A stretch of 64,000 nt of DNA from a virus (taxonomy: Duplodnaviria; Caudoviricetes): positions 1-64,000 of IMG/VR virus record IMGVR_UViG_2823261200_000003. One strand, written 5' to 3'. Of the stretch, positions 44,715 to 56,272 are shown one piece after another. Position numbers and translations under genes: made by a program. Position 1 is the first letter of the stretch. Each line of letters opens with the position of its first letter. The notes under the pieces were generated by a model. It made no database searches, was not told the origin of the DNA, and saw nothing but the letters and a program-made list of their open reading frames with translations.

Positions 44715-46217
44715 TTATCGGTTATAGTTAATAATGACATCAGATTGATGGATTGCCCCCGCTAGCTTCACCGCCGTTTGAATTGGCGTAGCTTTGCGTT
44801 GCTCTCGATCGCTATCAGAAAGCGTATCCATTGGAGCGGCCCAAACATAATAGCCTTTTTCGAGATAATCGTTCGTATTGAGATTTCCAAAGCTGTCGCC
44901 AGTCCATTGACCGGGTGCAAACGCCCCGTTATTAATCCCCTCTTGGCAAACTTTTTCCACCGCTGAAATTAAAATTGCCTGCCCTTTATCGGTAAGTGGA
45001 ATTTTGGTTGGGGATTTATATAACCGTGCAAACACTTCTTTTTGTACGGCATCAGTAAACCAATCTAAGATCACAATTTCATCCGCAAATTTACCGCCAA
45101 TAACGGTTCCCTCAGCTAACATTGCTACATCGTCATAATAGGTATAAAAGTTGATCCCTAATCGTTTCGCTTTATTCGCTTCAGTTAAGGTGACATCATC
45201 TGCGGTAATGGTGGGCTGCTGTTTAAATTTGAGTGTGATGGTTGAATTATTCGCGGCAAAATTCATCGCAAGGAGGCGAGCCATTGCGGAAGACGCGGCG
45301 TACATATCATCTTTATCGTAAATCGCCAGCGTATGATCTAAGCCGGCATCAAATAATTTTTTATAAATATTGCCTGTAGTAAATTCTAACTGTTCAGAGC
45401 GGATCACATTTGCCCCAAATAATTTTGTATTGGCTTGTGCGTATTTTGCTGCGGTTTCTACCTGCTCATCGGTTAATTGTGCGGCGAATAAGAAACCATA
45501 GAAATTATTATTGACCTCCGCAAAATTAAATAAGGCTTCACCGATCGTTTCCGCATTGAAACTTATCTGATTTTTACCGATAATCTGACTAGCTTGTCCG
45601 TTTTCCAGCTTAAGCATTGCTCCGATATAATCGCCATCGCTACTATCGGCAAAAACATAATGAAGTAACGTTGTCTTATCCTCACCTGCCGTTTTCGCAC
45701 TAAAAATAAAACGGTTACCCGTTTGATCGTAGCTCACTTGAATTTTAAGTGCGGTGAGTTTTTCCTGAATTTTGCTCGCAATCGCGGCAAAATCCGCACA
45801 TTCACTAAAATTTAACCCCGTTACTTTTTGAATCGTACTGTCTTGCGTAAAGGCAAAACAGCCGTTGGTAATTTTCTTAAAGGCTTCTAGCGTATGGTTA
45901 AGGGTGGCACCCCGCAATTCATTTTTGGTCGCCTCAATGGTTTTTGCGTTTTTCTGCCAGCGTCCAATAATTAATTGTTTTGCTCGTGGGCTTTGGGCAA
46001 AAAAAGGCAATGCCGCTTTTGCCGTTTCGCTTTCCGTCCCAAAGGCAAGCTCCACCTCACGTTGGCTATTAACGTATAGATAGCGGGTTTTCATATCTGT
46101 AAACACATTCCCCGCCTCGGGGGTAAATAATACCACTACGCCAAAATCTTTACGTGAAGCAGATTTTGGCACGGTATTAAGTTGTACATTGACAATATTC
46201 GAAATCGATAATGCCAT
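44715..46217 (-). CDS. Tail sheath protein (DUF3383-like)
   Basis: TLKFKQ, KIPLTDKG, KLAGAIH. Confidence 0.9.
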   Translation of the reverse strand: MALSISNIVNVQLNTVPKSASRKDFGVVVLFTPEAGNVFTDMKTRYLYVNSQREVELAFGTESETAKAALPFFAQSPRAKQLIIGRWQKNAKTIEATKNELRGATLNHTLEAFKKITNGCFAFTQDSTIQKVTGLNFSECADFAAIASKIQEKLTALKIQVSYDQTGNRFIFSAKTAGEDKTTLLHYVFADSSDGDYIGAMLKLENGQASQIIGKNQISFNAETIGEALFNFAEVNNNFYGFLFAAQLTDEQVETAAKYAQANTKLFGANVIRSEQLEFTTGNIYKKLFDAGLDHTLAIYDKDDMYAASSAMARLLAMNFAANNSTITLKFKQQPTITADDVTLTEANKAKRLGINFYTYYDDVAMLAEGTVIGGKFADEIVILDWFTDAVQKEVFARLYKSPTKIPLTDKGQAILISAVEKVCQEGINNGAFAPGQWTGDSFGNLNTNDYLEKGYYVWAAPMDTLSDSDREQRKATPIQTAVKLAGAIHQSDVIINYNR

Positions 46218-46220
46218 AGC

Positions 46221-46733
46221 TTATCTCCTTATATTTTTGGTTAATTGCTGATTGGTTGCGACATCAACTTGTGCGATTGCTTCAAGTGGTGTTTCGATAA
46301 TAATTTGATGAGATAAGGTGAGATCCATCTGCCCGCGTTCTTCATAGCCGCCACCGAGCGTTGCCGTAAGATTGCGTACAGCAGAATAATCAATGATCGC
46401 ACAGTGCATTGCGTTGAATACGTCAATCATTGCTGAGCTTTGCAGTACACTGCGTAATTTATTGACAAGCGTGATCGCCCCTGTCCCATAGGCTGAAAGG
46501 CTAATTGTTGATAAACAGCTCGTGGTGATCCGCTCAGTCTTACCATTAAATGCTCGCCTGCTCTGCCCGATTTCCTCCGTTGAGAGTAAATCAACCGTAA
46601 CAAAAGCACAGGGGTAACGCTGACCTTTTGGTAGATAACCACTTATCACACTGTGTTCAGGTAATTGTAAAGCCTGTTGAATGGCCTTGCGTAGTTGCAC
46701 TAAGTCGAGTTGCGAAATAGTGGTAGTAACCAT
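46221..46733 (-). CDS. Neck/tail terminator protein
   Basis: Position before the sheath gene. Confidence 0.65.
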   Translation of the reverse strand: MVTTTISQLDLVQLRKAIQQALQLPEHSVISGYLPKGQRYPCAFVTVDLLSTEEIGQSRRAFNGKTERITTSCLSTISLSAYGTGAITLVNKLRSVLQSSAMIDVFNAMHCAIIDYSAVRNLTATLGGGYEERGQMDLTLSHQIIIETPLEAIAQVDVATNQQLTKNIRR

Positions 46734-47004
46734 AGTCCCCCCAGTCTGTCGCACTTGTAATACGGTATTTGAAATGACGAAATAGCACTAAATCCCCGCA
46801 TTTAAGCGGTTCTTGCGTAAAAATTTTCAATGTGGGTAAATAACGCTCCCCCTCAGGAAGTCGTTGAAGATCGTTAGCACTTGCGGGAATAACAATCGCC
46901 ACCCTCATTTCTTCTGTGAAATCCGTTTCATCTTCGTTAGCAATAAAAACGGTTACCGTTTTACGAAAAAGACTTGAGCGAAATCGCCCTGATTGGTTAA
47001 TCAT
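46657..47004 (-). CDS. Head closure protein
   Basis: DLQRLPEGER..DWGDYGYY; position. Confidence 0.65.
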   Translation of the reverse strand: MINQSGRFRSSLFRKTVTVFIANEDETDFTEEMRVAIVIPASANDLQRLPEGERYLPTLKIFTQEPLKCGDLVLFRHFKYRITSATDWGDYGYYHYFATRLSATTQGHSTGFTIT

Positions 47005-47444
47005 CTCACCACTCCTTTAATTGATTGCCGTAAACGCCCCGTATCAATTAAGGGTTTACTTGATTTCTTGCGTTTTATCGTTGAAGGTGCATTTTTCGCC
47101 CAATCACCCTGTTCAATGTTTTTCTGAACATCAGCTTGGGCAATTTGAGCGATTTTACTTAACAAATGGTGTGCGTCCTCTCCGTTGTTAATGCCCTCAC
47201 GATAAAGTGCGGTGTATTTTGCGGTATTTTCTTTCAGCGTTTGCGTTAAAAAAGGACGTGCTGGAATGCGTTTATCCGCTGAACCAAACTCTAAAACAGC
47301 CGCTAAAGTCGCAAGATTAAACCCCTCTTCCAACACCGCGTTATCCTCAGCGGGAATACCCACAGCAATATCACGTTTAGCTAACTGTTCCAGTTTTGTT
47401 GCCAGTTCTTGGATCGCATTTTCCCCATTCCATTCCACACTCAT
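47001..47444 (-). CDS. Neck/tail completion protein
   Basis: EFG..IPARPFL, KPLIDTGRLRQSI. Confidence 0.75.
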   Translation of the reverse strand: MSVEWNGENAIQELATKLEQLAKRDIAVGIPAEDNAVLEEGFNLATLAAVLEFGSADKRIPARPFLTQTLKENTAKYTALYREGINNGEDAHHLLSKIAQIAQADVQKNIEQGDWAKNAPSTIKRKKSSKPLIDTGRLRQSIKGVVR

Positions 47445-47791
47445 ACCACCATCACCCCTATGCCAACAAGATTGCGTAATCGAAGATACTCCTGTCCATA
47501 AGCGGTTAAATGGTAAGCCTCACCGCCGTTAGGCGGTATAGCATAACTTGCCGATAATTCGCCCACACTTTCACTAGCCAATAACGCAATTGGTCCTCCC
47601 GCATTTTCACTCACCCTTTTACGCATTGCGATAAAATGAGCCGTTAATGCCAACACACCGCGACAATACAGATGACGCCATTGCCTTTCGTCAATCTCTT
47701 GTTTTGCATCCTCAATAAAAAAGCCGATGGTATTATCATCGGCTCGCTCAAATTCAGGATAACGCCCCTTAAAGGCTTCAATGGTTGGCAT
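47441..47791 (-). CDS. Head-tail adaptor (DUF4054-like)
   Basis: FKGRYPEF, LTAH, TAYGQEY. Confidence 0.8.
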   Translation of the reverse strand: MPTIEAFKGRYPEFERADDNTIGFFIEDAKQEIDERQWRHLYCRGVLALTAHFIAMRKRVSENAGGPIALLASESVGELSASYAIPPNGGEAYHLTAYGQEYLRLRNLVGIGVMVV

Positions 47792-47799
47792 TTTGCCTC

Positions 47800-48702
47800 C
47801 TAATAGTCAATGTATAATGCAGAATCAGGCTCGAGGAAGGTTACGCCACCAAAAGCCATACGTAATCCTGTTTCATAAGTGACCAAGCCTTTTTCTTTCG
47901 CCCCTAATACACTCGGCGACATCGGCACATCAAACACCACATAATTTGGATCGTTAATATAAGCAATCGCCCGTGTTTTACCCGTCGTCACTTGTGTACC
48001 AAAATTAGACGGTAACGCTTTAATTGATACCGTTTTCCCCGCAGCCGCACTTAAATTTTTTGTCAAATATTCAAGAGCGCTAATATCGGTTTTATCACGG
48101 GTAAGTAACGCAAGATGAGCCAAGTCCATACCGTCAATGGCAAAGACATTCGGCGTATCAATACGGTGTGTTTTTTCCATTCCACGCAAGAAAATCTCTT
48201 TGAAGAAGGTAACCGCCTCCTCAAAGCTCATCGTTTTCACCGCTTTTTTAACTGTCGGTGAATAAACCTCCACACCAGAAGCATTTAACAGCCCTTTTAA
48301 GCGAGTATCACGCCCGTGTCCCAAAAACGCCACTTTCTGCAAGGTTTGTTGAGCATTTTTGTTTAATGCCATAATTTTTTGCGTATCTACCGCCACATTA
48401 AACAATTTAGCACGCTCTAGCTCAATCTGATTATATTGCACGGTTTTGATCCAATCTACAATCGGCGTACGTGCGTGATTAAAGGTGACAGAAACTTGAT
48501 CAAAGGTCGTGGTGTTATCGCCAACTAAACCACTATCTAAATCCCCTGAAATATCTGCACCAAAGTGGATTTTTTCCGTTATCCCCACGCCACCATTTTG
48601 ATCGACGTGAACAAATTGAGGAAACACAATTTCAGGGTATTTCGTTTGTGTCATTTGCCCACGCACTTGCGTTAATGCACTAGTTAAATAAGATAATGCC
48701 AT
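47800..48702 (-). CDS. Major capsid protein (DUF2184-like)
   Basis: VAFLG..GLLN, GGV..P..YID; position. Confidence 0.85.
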   Translation of the reverse strand: MALSYLTSALTQVRGQMTQTKYPEIVFPQFVHVDQNGGVGITEKIHFGADISGDLDSGLVGDNTTTFDQVSVTFNHARTPIVDWIKTVQYNQIELERAKLFNVAVDTQKIMALNKNAQQTLQKVAFLGHGRDTRLKGLLNASGVEVYSPTVKKAVKTMSFEEAVTFFKEIFLRGMEKTHRIDTPNVFAIDGMDLAHLALLTRDKTDISALEYLTKNLSAAAGKTVSIKALPSNFGTQVTTGKTRAIAYINDPNYVVFDVPMSPSVLGAKEKGLVTYETGLRMAFGGVTFLEPDSALYIDY

Positions 48703-48714
48703 TTTAATTTACTC

Positions 48715-49167
48715 CTATAAACGTGTAATTTCTGCTAAATGTTCCGTGGCATTGATGACCACAAAATCGGTGGCAATGGTTTTACCGCTATCTTCAGCTT
48801 TATCAATCGTGCCAACCTCTTTATCGCCATTTTTCACCGCTCTTACATAGACCTTATCGCCACGCACAACGCTAACGCCCTTACCAACGGTAACCCAAAC
48901 ACTGTCCCCTTGCGTAATATGCATCACATCGACCAAATCATTGGGCTGAAAATCATCTTTAATTAGCGATCGCACAATCACCCCCGCAATCACATCTGTT
49001 AGCGCACTTAATGGCTTAACGCCTCCTGTCGCGTCAATGGCAACAAACAAGCCCGCCTGAATAGGACTTTTGCCTTTAAATTGTTCTGAAGTGGTTTTCG
49101 CACTGGCTAATCCGCCTTTACCCACTTCCCCCGCAAATGTACGAGTAGTGCTATTTGCATATGCCAT
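48715..49167 (-). CDS. Head decoration protein
   Basis: Between protease and capsid genes. Confidence 0.7.
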   Translation of the reverse strand: MAYANSTTRTFAGEVGKGGLASAKTTSEQFKGKSPIQAGLFVAIDATGGVKPLSALTDVIAGVIVRSLIKDDFQPNDLVDVMHITQGDSVWVTVGKGVSVVRGDKVYVRAVKNGDKEVGTIDKAEDSGKTIATDFVVINATEHLAEITRL

Positions 49168-50288
49168 TATTGTTGTCCTCCATAGAGTTTATTAAAATCA
49201 ATGCCCACCGATTGAGGCTTGCTATCGTTTAAAAATGCCGAGCCTAACTGGTGATCTTGCAATTTCTTACTGATATTTTTTGCCGCTTGATACATCCCCT
49301 CAATCGCCTCATCAGAAAGGGCGGTTAAGGTTTCAGCGGGAGCAATACCACTATGAACAATCACTTTTTCTTGAATTTGTCTAACCGTATCACTATCAGC
49401 AAAACTCAAATCAGCGGAAATCATTTTTGCATCAGCCAACACAGCGGAACGTTTCTGAGCAGTTACACTCGCCTTAGCCTCATCTTCAAGTTTTTGAATT
49501 TTAGCTTTCAATTCCGCATTCTCTTTTACTAGTGCTTCATCTTTCACGTTTCGTTTCTCCTTTTCTTTTTCCTCATCAGAAGCGGCGTTTTTTTCTTTTT
49601 TAGCAGACTGTTCTGCGGGTTTTTCAGGTTGATTCTCTCCGCTTTTTTTCTTAGGCATTTCACTGGTTTGCTCATCATCCTCTTCTTCAATTTGCTTTTT
49701 CTGCTCATCAGAAAGGCTGATACCAAAAACGCCTAAGATAGAGTCAAGAAGTTTCACTTTTTTGCTCATCGCATTCTCCTCATCGGCTAGCTTAACCGTT
49801 CCCCCGCAGCGACCTCTAGCCACAATCGCCACGTGGTTGCCGATCATCGGCGACATCTCATAATCAGCCCCATTGACTTGAGTTTGCGTCAATTTACAGT
49901 CATACCCACAAGAAAGCTCTTGAATGCCGTGATCTTGAATAAGGCGAATGGTTTCCTCATCATAAATCCACGCCTCCCCTTTTAGCGTATCTTGATCACG
50001 CACGACATTGCGAACTACCCCAACAGAAAGGGCTTTCCAGTTTTTCGCATTTACATTTTCCTTAGGGTGGCCCACCGTAATAGGCACGCCCTCAAAACTT
50101 TTTATGGTTTCATTCCCGAATAACGAGCCTTCCGTTCGGGCAACCTTTTTCACCGCTTTTTGATTACCTACATTCAACTCACTATCTAAATAATCAAAAA
50201 TCCCCACCTTAGACAAGGTAGCCGGCACGACTAAATAACCGTCTTTAGTAAAGGTGCGTGCGGTCTGTGCTTTATCATTAAATCGCAT
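49167..50288 (-). CDS. Capsid maturation protease/scaffold (DUF2213-like)
   Basis: ELSCGY and NHVAIVARGRCG. Confidence 0.85.
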   Translation of the reverse strand: MRFNDKAQTARTFTKDGYLVVPATLSKVGIFDYLDSELNVGNQKAVKKVARTEGSLFGNETIKSFEGVPITVGHPKENVNAKNWKALSVGVVRNVVRDQDTLKGEAWIYDEETIRLIQDHGIQELSCGYDCKLTQTQVNGADYEMSPMIGNHVAIVARGRCGGTVKLADEENAMSKKVKLLDSILGVFGISLSDEQKKQIEEEDDEQTSEMPKKKSGENQPEKPAEQSAKKEKNAASDEEKEKEKRNVKDEALVKENAELKAKIQKLEDEAKASVTAQKRSAVLADAKMISADLSFADSDTVRQIQEKVIVHSGIAPAETLTALSDEAIEGMYQAAKNISKKLQDHQLGSAFLNDSKPQSVGIDFNKLYGGQQ

Positions 50289-50355
50289 AGCCACTCCTTT
50301 TTTAGGCATAAAAAAACCGCACTAAAAAGTGCGGCCTGTTTTGGTTTAATTTTTC

Positions 50356-50637
50356 CTAATCGCTTGTTTTGGTTTTTTCTAAGCGTTTGATAACTTGCTC
50401 CACAGTCAAATCATCATTCATCGAAATACGGCGATAATATTCAATGGCAAAAGGATTAGTCCGTAAATCATTAATCTTACGGGCTATCTCCGCTTTTGTG
50501 GGTTTATAGGCTTCTGCTTCGGCAAGTTCACGCTCTGTTTTTTCTGCCCTTTTCTTGTCCATTTCTAGCCAAGCATCAAAATCGGAATAACCTTCAAATT
50601 TAGCCAACTCTTTTTGCTGTTCTAACGTTAATCTCAT
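50356..50637 (-). CDS. Small protein after MuF-ART, candidate immunity protein
   Basis: GAGG RBS, 2 bp after the MuF stop, followed by a hairpin. Confidence 0.65.
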   Translation of the reverse strand: MRLTLEQQKELAKFEGYSDFDAWLEMDKKRAEKTERELAEAEAYKPTKAEIARKINDLRTNPFAIEYYRRISMNDDLTVEQVIKRLEKTKTSD

Positions 50638-50639
50638 AT

Positions 50640-52036
50640 TTATTCCTCAATAAGTTCAACGAGATAAGTTTTCTTAAACCAACCTTTCTGTTGCACGTTT
50701 CTCACATAAAACCTTTTCTTAGTTTGGAATAATACCTCTCTTTCGTGAGGATATAAAGAGATTTGTTCAATATCTCGCCCTGTTTTGCCGTGAATGATAA
50801 ATTTCACATTTCCCGAAAAGCCTATATTTTGCTCTGTTTTAGACGTGCTTGTAAATTGATATTCCTCCACAATCGCCCCTTGTTGGTAGCGGGCTAGAAA
50901 GGCTTTAAGCTCTTTCTTCGACAATTCAATATTGCGATACGTGGTTTTATTATGTACGGGTATCTTCTTCAGTGCGTTATCTAAGGTTTTTGCTAATACT
51001 AACTGCTCGGCACTGGCTGTTCCTGTCCTTAACGCTTTATTTAATGGTCGGTGGATTGCCCCCGTATAAGCTATGACTGACATTGCCTCACTACGGGATA
51101 AGCGATACGCCGCAATATTCGGCACGATTTTAGTCAAATGCTCAGCAACAAAATTAAATGCGGTTGCTCCGATTAAGCCTTTTAATAACCGATCTTCTTC
51201 AAACTGTTGTGTGAGTCCTACCACAAGTTTTTCGCTATCTTTGCCGAAATAAGGTAAAGCAACACAACGGCAGTTTACCTCGTGCGTCGGATGTCCTGTC
51301 GGTGGTGGACTCGCCCAGCTAAAAATTTTCCCCTCGTTTTCCGCGTGGCTTTCTCGCACTCGCTCATCACCGGAGGTTGACCAGATATAGTGGGTAATCC
51401 CTAACGCCTCCTGCTGTGCTTGGTCAATCGCTCCGTTAAATTTGCTTGATTGATCTCTTGCGATCAGTTTGGCTCTTTTTTCGGTGATATTGCCAATCTC
51501 TTTGAGTGATTTAAGTAGATCACGGTTTAATTTGCCATTTAATACGGATTGATGTACTACAGTTTGCACTTTATCCAAATATTGGTTATGAATGGATTTA
51601 ATCAGTTGTACATTGGCTTGAGCAAGCTGGTTTACCTTATCGTTCACTGTAGGGTTGCTTTGAATATAGCTTTTTAAATCAAGCCCTGTGGCTTGCTGTA
51701 GGCGTTGGCTAAAATCGTTATCGTGCTGAGCTTTCGCTCGTTGAGTAAAGCCACCTGCGATACGGCTTGCCATTTCATCAATCTTTTTTTCCCCTAAGCG
51801 ATTGAGCTTGTCGAGTAATGCAGTGCGATCATCATTAGCAGCATCGTGAAATTGCGACGAAAAAAAAGTGCGGTTATTTTCCACCGCACTTTCAATTTCA
51901 TCTCGCAACTGCTTCACGAACAGTAACAATTCCCGCTTATACCAGATTTCTGCCCGCCTACTGTTCTTGATCGGCTTGTATCGCTTCAGTTTGATCAGCT
52001 TGTTGTTGCGAAGAAGCTCGGGTAAATTCATCAACA
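50640..52036 (-). CDS. MuF minor head protein fused to an ADP-ribosyltransferase domain (start approximate)
   Basis: RAKLIARDQ, DERVRESH, NCRC; ART motifs YT..LNKALR, TYRN, FTSTS, EREVLF. Confidence 0.88.
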
Positions 52037-53274
52037 TCTTGTTGCTCCTCAAGTAACGCAATATCTTCTGCTGAGATATTGGCAAATAACCCATTTTCAT
52101 TGAGTTCATTCGCCACCTGCACTTCACTCAATACGCCATTTTGAATAAAGATATTCATTGCATTGGCAAAGCTTGTTAAGGCATTCATTTTTTGCTCAAA
52201 ACTGATTTCTTGAAGGCTCGGAAACTCAAACCACCAATCTTTCGGCTGAAACCCTATCACCATTTGGGCTAATAATGGGTCAAGCCGTTCAAATAATGGT
52301 CGTAGTCGGCTTTCTTGCAATGCGTGAATGCTTTCGTGGAAGTTTTGAATATCTTCATCACCACTGGCTAAACCGCTTACGGATTGTCCGAATAATATCG
52401 TCACAGGCATATCAGCGGCACCCGCTACGGCATTGCGAAACTCCACTAATAACTCTTTTAATCCCGTAAAGGTTAGCTCTTTTTGTTCATACTCACTTTC
52501 ACCGTCAATCAATAAGCAGTTTGTAATCGATTTAATATTTTGTATATGGCTCATTGCTTCAGTGATGCTTTCCGCCCCACCTGACGCAAGCTTAACGTTA
52601 AGCCCGGATATTTTAAAAATATCCGTCTTGCTCTCAGTGACCAACTCACCAATATTAATACTGAGCATATCAAAGCGTTTAAGCGTAGGGTAAATACCCT
52701 CTAAATCAGAAAAACCAAACAACGAATTATCACTTTCACTGCGATACGCTCCCTGCATTAAATATAAACGGGAATGATGCACCTCAATTTGACCGTTGAG
52801 GATATAGTAATTATATTTGCCAAAATTAGCAGAAAGGATATCTGTGTTTTTATTGCCTTTTCCTTGTATTAAATTTGGCTTAATCACTAATAAACGTTCA
52901 ATGACTTGATTTGAGTTTAATGGAGATTGCACGCTCGCATTCGTTAAAATGAGTACACCGCACCCACCGTAAAGGCTTGTTGTAATACAAGCCTCTTTTG
53001 TGATTTCTTGCAATTTTAAGCGACGTTCTAGATCGTAAAAGCCATTAAGCTGTTTGGCAGCTAAATCATTCGATTTAATCTCCCGCCATTTACGCGTCAT
53101 ATGCTCCGCTCTTTTTAAGCAGACTTTTTGGGCAATCCAATTTTCCGCCCATAGCGTATCAAGCTCTTTTTGATTATCTGTTAATTTTACAGAGGGCTGA
53201 TAAGTTGCCTGCTCTTGTCGTCGCCCCAACGCCATTGACATTGAGGTTAAACTATCATTTATACTTGTTGTCAT
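51958..53274 (-). CDS. Portal protein (DUF1073-like)
   Basis: VHHSRL and [11 protein letters not shown]; follows terL. Confidence 0.85.
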   Translation of the reverse strand: MTTSINDSLTSMSMALGRRQEQATYQPSVKLTDNQKELDTLWAENWIAQKVCLKRAEHMTRKWREIKSNDLAAKQLNGFYDLERRLKLQEITKEACITTSLYGGCGVLILTNASVQSPLNSNQVIERLLVIKPNLIQGKGNKNTDILSANFGKYNYYILNGQIEVHHSRLYLMQGAYRSESDNSLFGFSDLEGIYPTLKRFDMLSINIGELVTESKTDIFKISGLNVKLASGGAESITEAMSHIQNIKSITNCLLIDGESEYEQKELTFTGLKELLVEFRNAVAGAADMPVTILFGQSVSGLASGDEDIQNFHESIHALQESRLRPLFERLDPLLAQMVIGFQPKDWWFEFPSLQEISFEQKMNALTSFANAMNIFIQNGVLSEVQVANELNENGLFANISAEDIALLEEQQDVDEFTRASSQQQADQTEAIQADQEQ

Positions 53275-54620
53275 AGTGCGTCCCAAATTGCTATGTTATT
53301 CCGAGCTAAACCACTCACCGCCATAACCAAGCTATCTGCAAGATTAGGTGAAGGAATGCCTCGTTTTTTCATTTCTTTTTTACTCTCCACTTTCACACGA
53401 CCGTTATTGTCATAATCCACGCGAGGTCGAGAAAGCTCAGCGACCAAATAATCCAATTCACTTATCTCACTTGATAGGCTAATTAATTCTTCTGATGGAT
53501 AGTGATCACCGAACTTAATTGCTCGATAGGTTTTATAAAAACGATCTCTTACCGCCCACCAAGACTGAGCTTTGAGATTGGCAAACATATCTTTATTTTT
53601 TTTACCTAAGCTATATTCTCGTTCTGGATATTCCACCGCACCACTGGCATTAAAGCCTATCGCTTGTAATTTACCTTGTTGTAAAGTGCGGTTATAATGT
53701 GCTTTAACACCTGCCCCAACACCAATTGAGTCAAAAATAATTTCATCTGCGGCAAATTTAATGGCTTCATCAGCAGTACGATCTGCACTGCTTATCACAT
53801 CGCCCCCTTTCCAAGAAAAGCAATCCATTACCACCGCACCGTAAACCAAACAATTTGCGTTAGCGTCTTCTCCCTCATCAGCCACATCAAAGCCAGTCAC
53901 TTTTTTACCCAACGGTTCAAAGCCTAATTGTTTATGTGCATCAATGGCAGCCTCAATCCACACGGGCTTAATGATCACTTTATCGCTATCTGCAACGGGT
54001 TCCCCCTCCCAAATATGCCGATAAAGCTCATAATCTTTCGCCTTGCAATCTTCCATTTCTAATCGCAAGGTTTCGGGGAAAAATGGATTGTCTGTAAAAT
54101 TAACTTTAATCAACACAATATCGCTTGGCGGCGAAACAACAAAGCGTTGATAAGTATCATCAAGAATATTTTTCGGGTTAAAGGAAACCCAAATTTCAGA
54201 ATATTCTTTCCGAATAGTTGGGATTAAAATTTCCCAACTCTCTTTTGACACATTTTCGGCTTCTTCCACCCAGCAAATATCAATCCCCTCAAGGGATTTA
54301 ATTTTAGTTGGGTTATTTTTGATGCCGTAAAACAGGAAAATCGCCCCCGTTTTAAGGTTGTAGATTTTGTTTTTCTGCACATCAAATTCAGATTGATAGC
54401 CATAACGTTCGATTGTGTCGGCTAACAATTGGATAACCGAATCACTAATTGAGTTTTGCAATTCCCTGGCACAAAGAAAACGGCTATTTGAACGGCGAGC
54501 AATTTCAATTAAAAGCCTTGCTATCGTCCAAGATTTACCGCTACCACGCCCACCATAAGCTACCTTATAACGATGTGGCTCAATAAAAGGTAAGAATTTA
54601 CTAATCAGCTTTTGCGTCAT
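53271..54620 (-). CDS. terL: Terminase large subunit
   Basis: ATPase half identical to 4781-6130, diverged nuclease half. Confidence 0.95.
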   Translation of the reverse strand: MTQKLISKFLPFIEPHRYKVAYGGRGSGKSWTIARLLIEIARRSNSRFLCARELQNSISDSVIQLLADTIERYGYQSEFDVQKNKIYNLKTGAIFLFYGIKNNPTKIKSLEGIDICWVEEAENVSKESWEILIPTIRKEYSEIWVSFNPKNILDDTYQRFVVSPPSDIVLIKVNFTDNPFFPETLRLEMEDCKAKDYELYRHIWEGEPVADSDKVIIKPVWIEAAIDAHKQLGFEPLGKKVTGFDVADEGEDANANCLVYGAVVMDCFSWKGGDVISSADRTADEAIKFAADEIIFDSIGVGAGVKAHYNRTLQQGKLQAIGFNASGAVEYPEREYSLGKKNKDMFANLKAQSWWAVRDRFYKTYRAIKFGDHYPSEELISLSSEISELDYLVAELSRPRVDYDNNGRVKVESKKEMKKRGIPSPNLADSLVMAVSGLARNNIAIWDAL

Positions 54621-55113
54621 CTGAAAATAAATCCCTTAATGATCCTAATGCCATAGAGCCATCGCTTGAGGTTAAATCGACCTTTTGACTGAACATTCCC
54701 AAATGCTTACCCAACAATTCAAGGGCTTTATTCACCGAAGAGGATTCATAAACAAATTGAGCAATATCATCACCCACAAGCTCGCCATCTTCAGATTTTC
54801 TGATTTCAGTTTTAATAACCGCTTTTTTACCTGATGCAACTTCAATGTTTTCCAGCAACATCCGAATCACATCATCTTGCGTTATTTGAACTCGCTCAGC
54901 ACGTTTGTTTTGAGCGGCTTCAATCGCTTGCTGAACTGTAGTTTTCTGTAGTAATTGATAACCTAATTCAGATGCTCTGTTTTTGCTATACCCAGCCCGA
55001 ATAGCTGCTTGAGTTGCGTTTAAATCAATAAGATATTCTTCTACAAATCGTTTCTGCTTATCGGTCAACCCACGCCCCTTAGACGTGGACTTAACCCCGT
55101 CTTTCTTTGGCAT
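54601..55113 (-). CDS. terS: Terminase small subunit
   Basis: Identical protein to 6111-6623. Confidence 0.95.
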   Translation of the reverse strand: MPKKDGVKSTSKGRGLTDKQKRFVEEYLIDLNATQAAIRAGYSKNRASELGYQLLQKTTVQQAIEAAQNKRAERVQITQDDVIRMLLENIEVASGKKAVIKTEIRKSEDGELVGDDIAQFVYESSSVNKALELLGKHLGMFSQKVDLTSSDGSMALGSLRDLFSDDAKAD

Positions 55114-55123
55114 AGGTTAATCC

Positions 55124-55396
55124 TTATTTAATTTCTCCAGTAATACGAATTTTAAACATTGGCACATATTCAGGGTTGTGGATATTCAGCAGTCCCTCAA
55201 TAAAAAAGCCGATTTGATCTGCGACAGTTAAAACCCATTCAGGAATAAAATTAGCCGCTTCAATAATGGGGGCTTCGCTATCAATATCTTTGACATAAAC
55301 AGGAATACCCCAAAGCCATCCATAATGCGTGAAGCCTTCCTCAATCAATTTCTTTTTCGACTTATAAAGCATTCCCATTTGATTTACTCCACTCAA
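55124..55396 (-). CDS. Hypothetical phage protein
   Basis: Identical to 6634-6906. Confidence 0.6.
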   Translation of the reverse strand: MSGVNQMGMLYKSKKKLIEEGFTHYGWLWGIPVYVKDIDSEAPIIEAANFIPEWVLTVADQIGFFIEGLLNIHNPEYVPMFKIRITGEIK

Positions 55397-55643
55397 TCAC
55401 CCCACTTAACCGCCCCGCACAAATCTCACGTTCTTTCTGCACCACTCGCAAATAAATAATCGCCTCACCATAGGTTGAACCGCTAAAGGCAGTTTGCGGG
55501 CAAGGGATTAAATAAATACTCGGCGGCAGGTGATACTCCGTTTCAGTTTTTGTGCTGCAACCGCTTAATAACATCATCAGGCAAAGGCTCGCGGCTACAA
55601 TCCTGCCCTTTAATCCTTTTATAAATAACGCGAATATCTTCAT
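55362..55643 (-). CDS. Rz1-like lipoprotein spanin
   Basis: Lipobox LLSGC. Confidence 0.8.
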   Translation of the reverse strand: MKIFALFIKGLKGRIVAASLCLMMLLSGCSTKTETEYHLPPSIYLIPCPQTAFSGSTYGEAIIYLRVVQKEREICAGRLSGVIEWSKSNGNAL

Positions 55644-55920
55644 CGGCTTTTTCTCGCTGTACTTGTTCAAGTGCGGTCTGTTTTTGTGTCGTTTTCCGTT
55701 CATCTTCGAGCTGTTTTGTTCTTTCTGCGAGATTATGGTTCAGTTGCTGTATGGTTTGGGCTTGCATTTGATTTTTGGCACTTAAGCTACTTATCCTCTG
55801 CGACTGATACCAAACCCAACCACATAAGCCCAAAATCACGCATAACCACAACAGCGAGGAATATTTACGGATAAACGGCACGATGTAATTCAAAATGCGG
55901 GCCATCATAAAAACGTTCAT
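55543..55920 (-). CDS. Rz-like spanin (start uncertain)
   Basis: TM helix plus coiled coil. Confidence 0.8.
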   Translation of the reverse strand: MNVFMMARILNYIVPFIRKYSSLLWLCVILGLCGWVWYQSQRISSLSAKNQMQAQTIQQLNHNLAERTKQLEDERKTTQKQTALEQVQREKADEDIRVIYKRIKGQDCSREPLPDDVIKRLQHKN

Positions 55921-56272
55921 CTTCACTTTTCCCATTACCGTTCCAATCTCCACCCCAGCGAATGGTGACATTTAATTCTTTGGCCGCTCGAAACATTGCC
56001 TTCGCAATTTCCTTAAATTTATCCTGTTCTGACCAAGGGATTTTTCCTTCAACCAGCGGGGCTAAATCCACCGCGTGACCGGTTAAATGACGGCTATTCA
56101 TTGTCTTAGTCGCCCCTTGCTTAAAGAGTTGGGCTTGGCGTGCTTTTGTTCTTACCCCTTCAATCACCGCAAAATCAACGGTGCTATATTCAAGGGCTTT
56201 TCGCACGACCTTAACCAAATCACCGTGAACACCTTGTAAATGCTTTTCACTACGTTGGCTAAATTTAAACAT
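55865..56272 (-). CDS. Endolysin, M15 peptidase
   Basis: SRHLTGHAVD, IRWGGDW, DGPHFEL. Confidence 0.9.
   Translation of the reverse strand: MFKFSQRSEKHLQGVHGDLVKVVRKALEYSTVDFAVIEGVRTKARQAQLFKQGATKTMNSRHLTGHAVDLAPLVEGKIPWSEQDKFKEIAKAMFRAAKELNVTIRWGGDWNGNGKSEDERFYDGPHFELHRAVYP

Noticed and set aside
51958-53274. DUF1073 proteins as anti-CBASS factors
   Set aside because: Size and position between terL and MuF identify them as portals.
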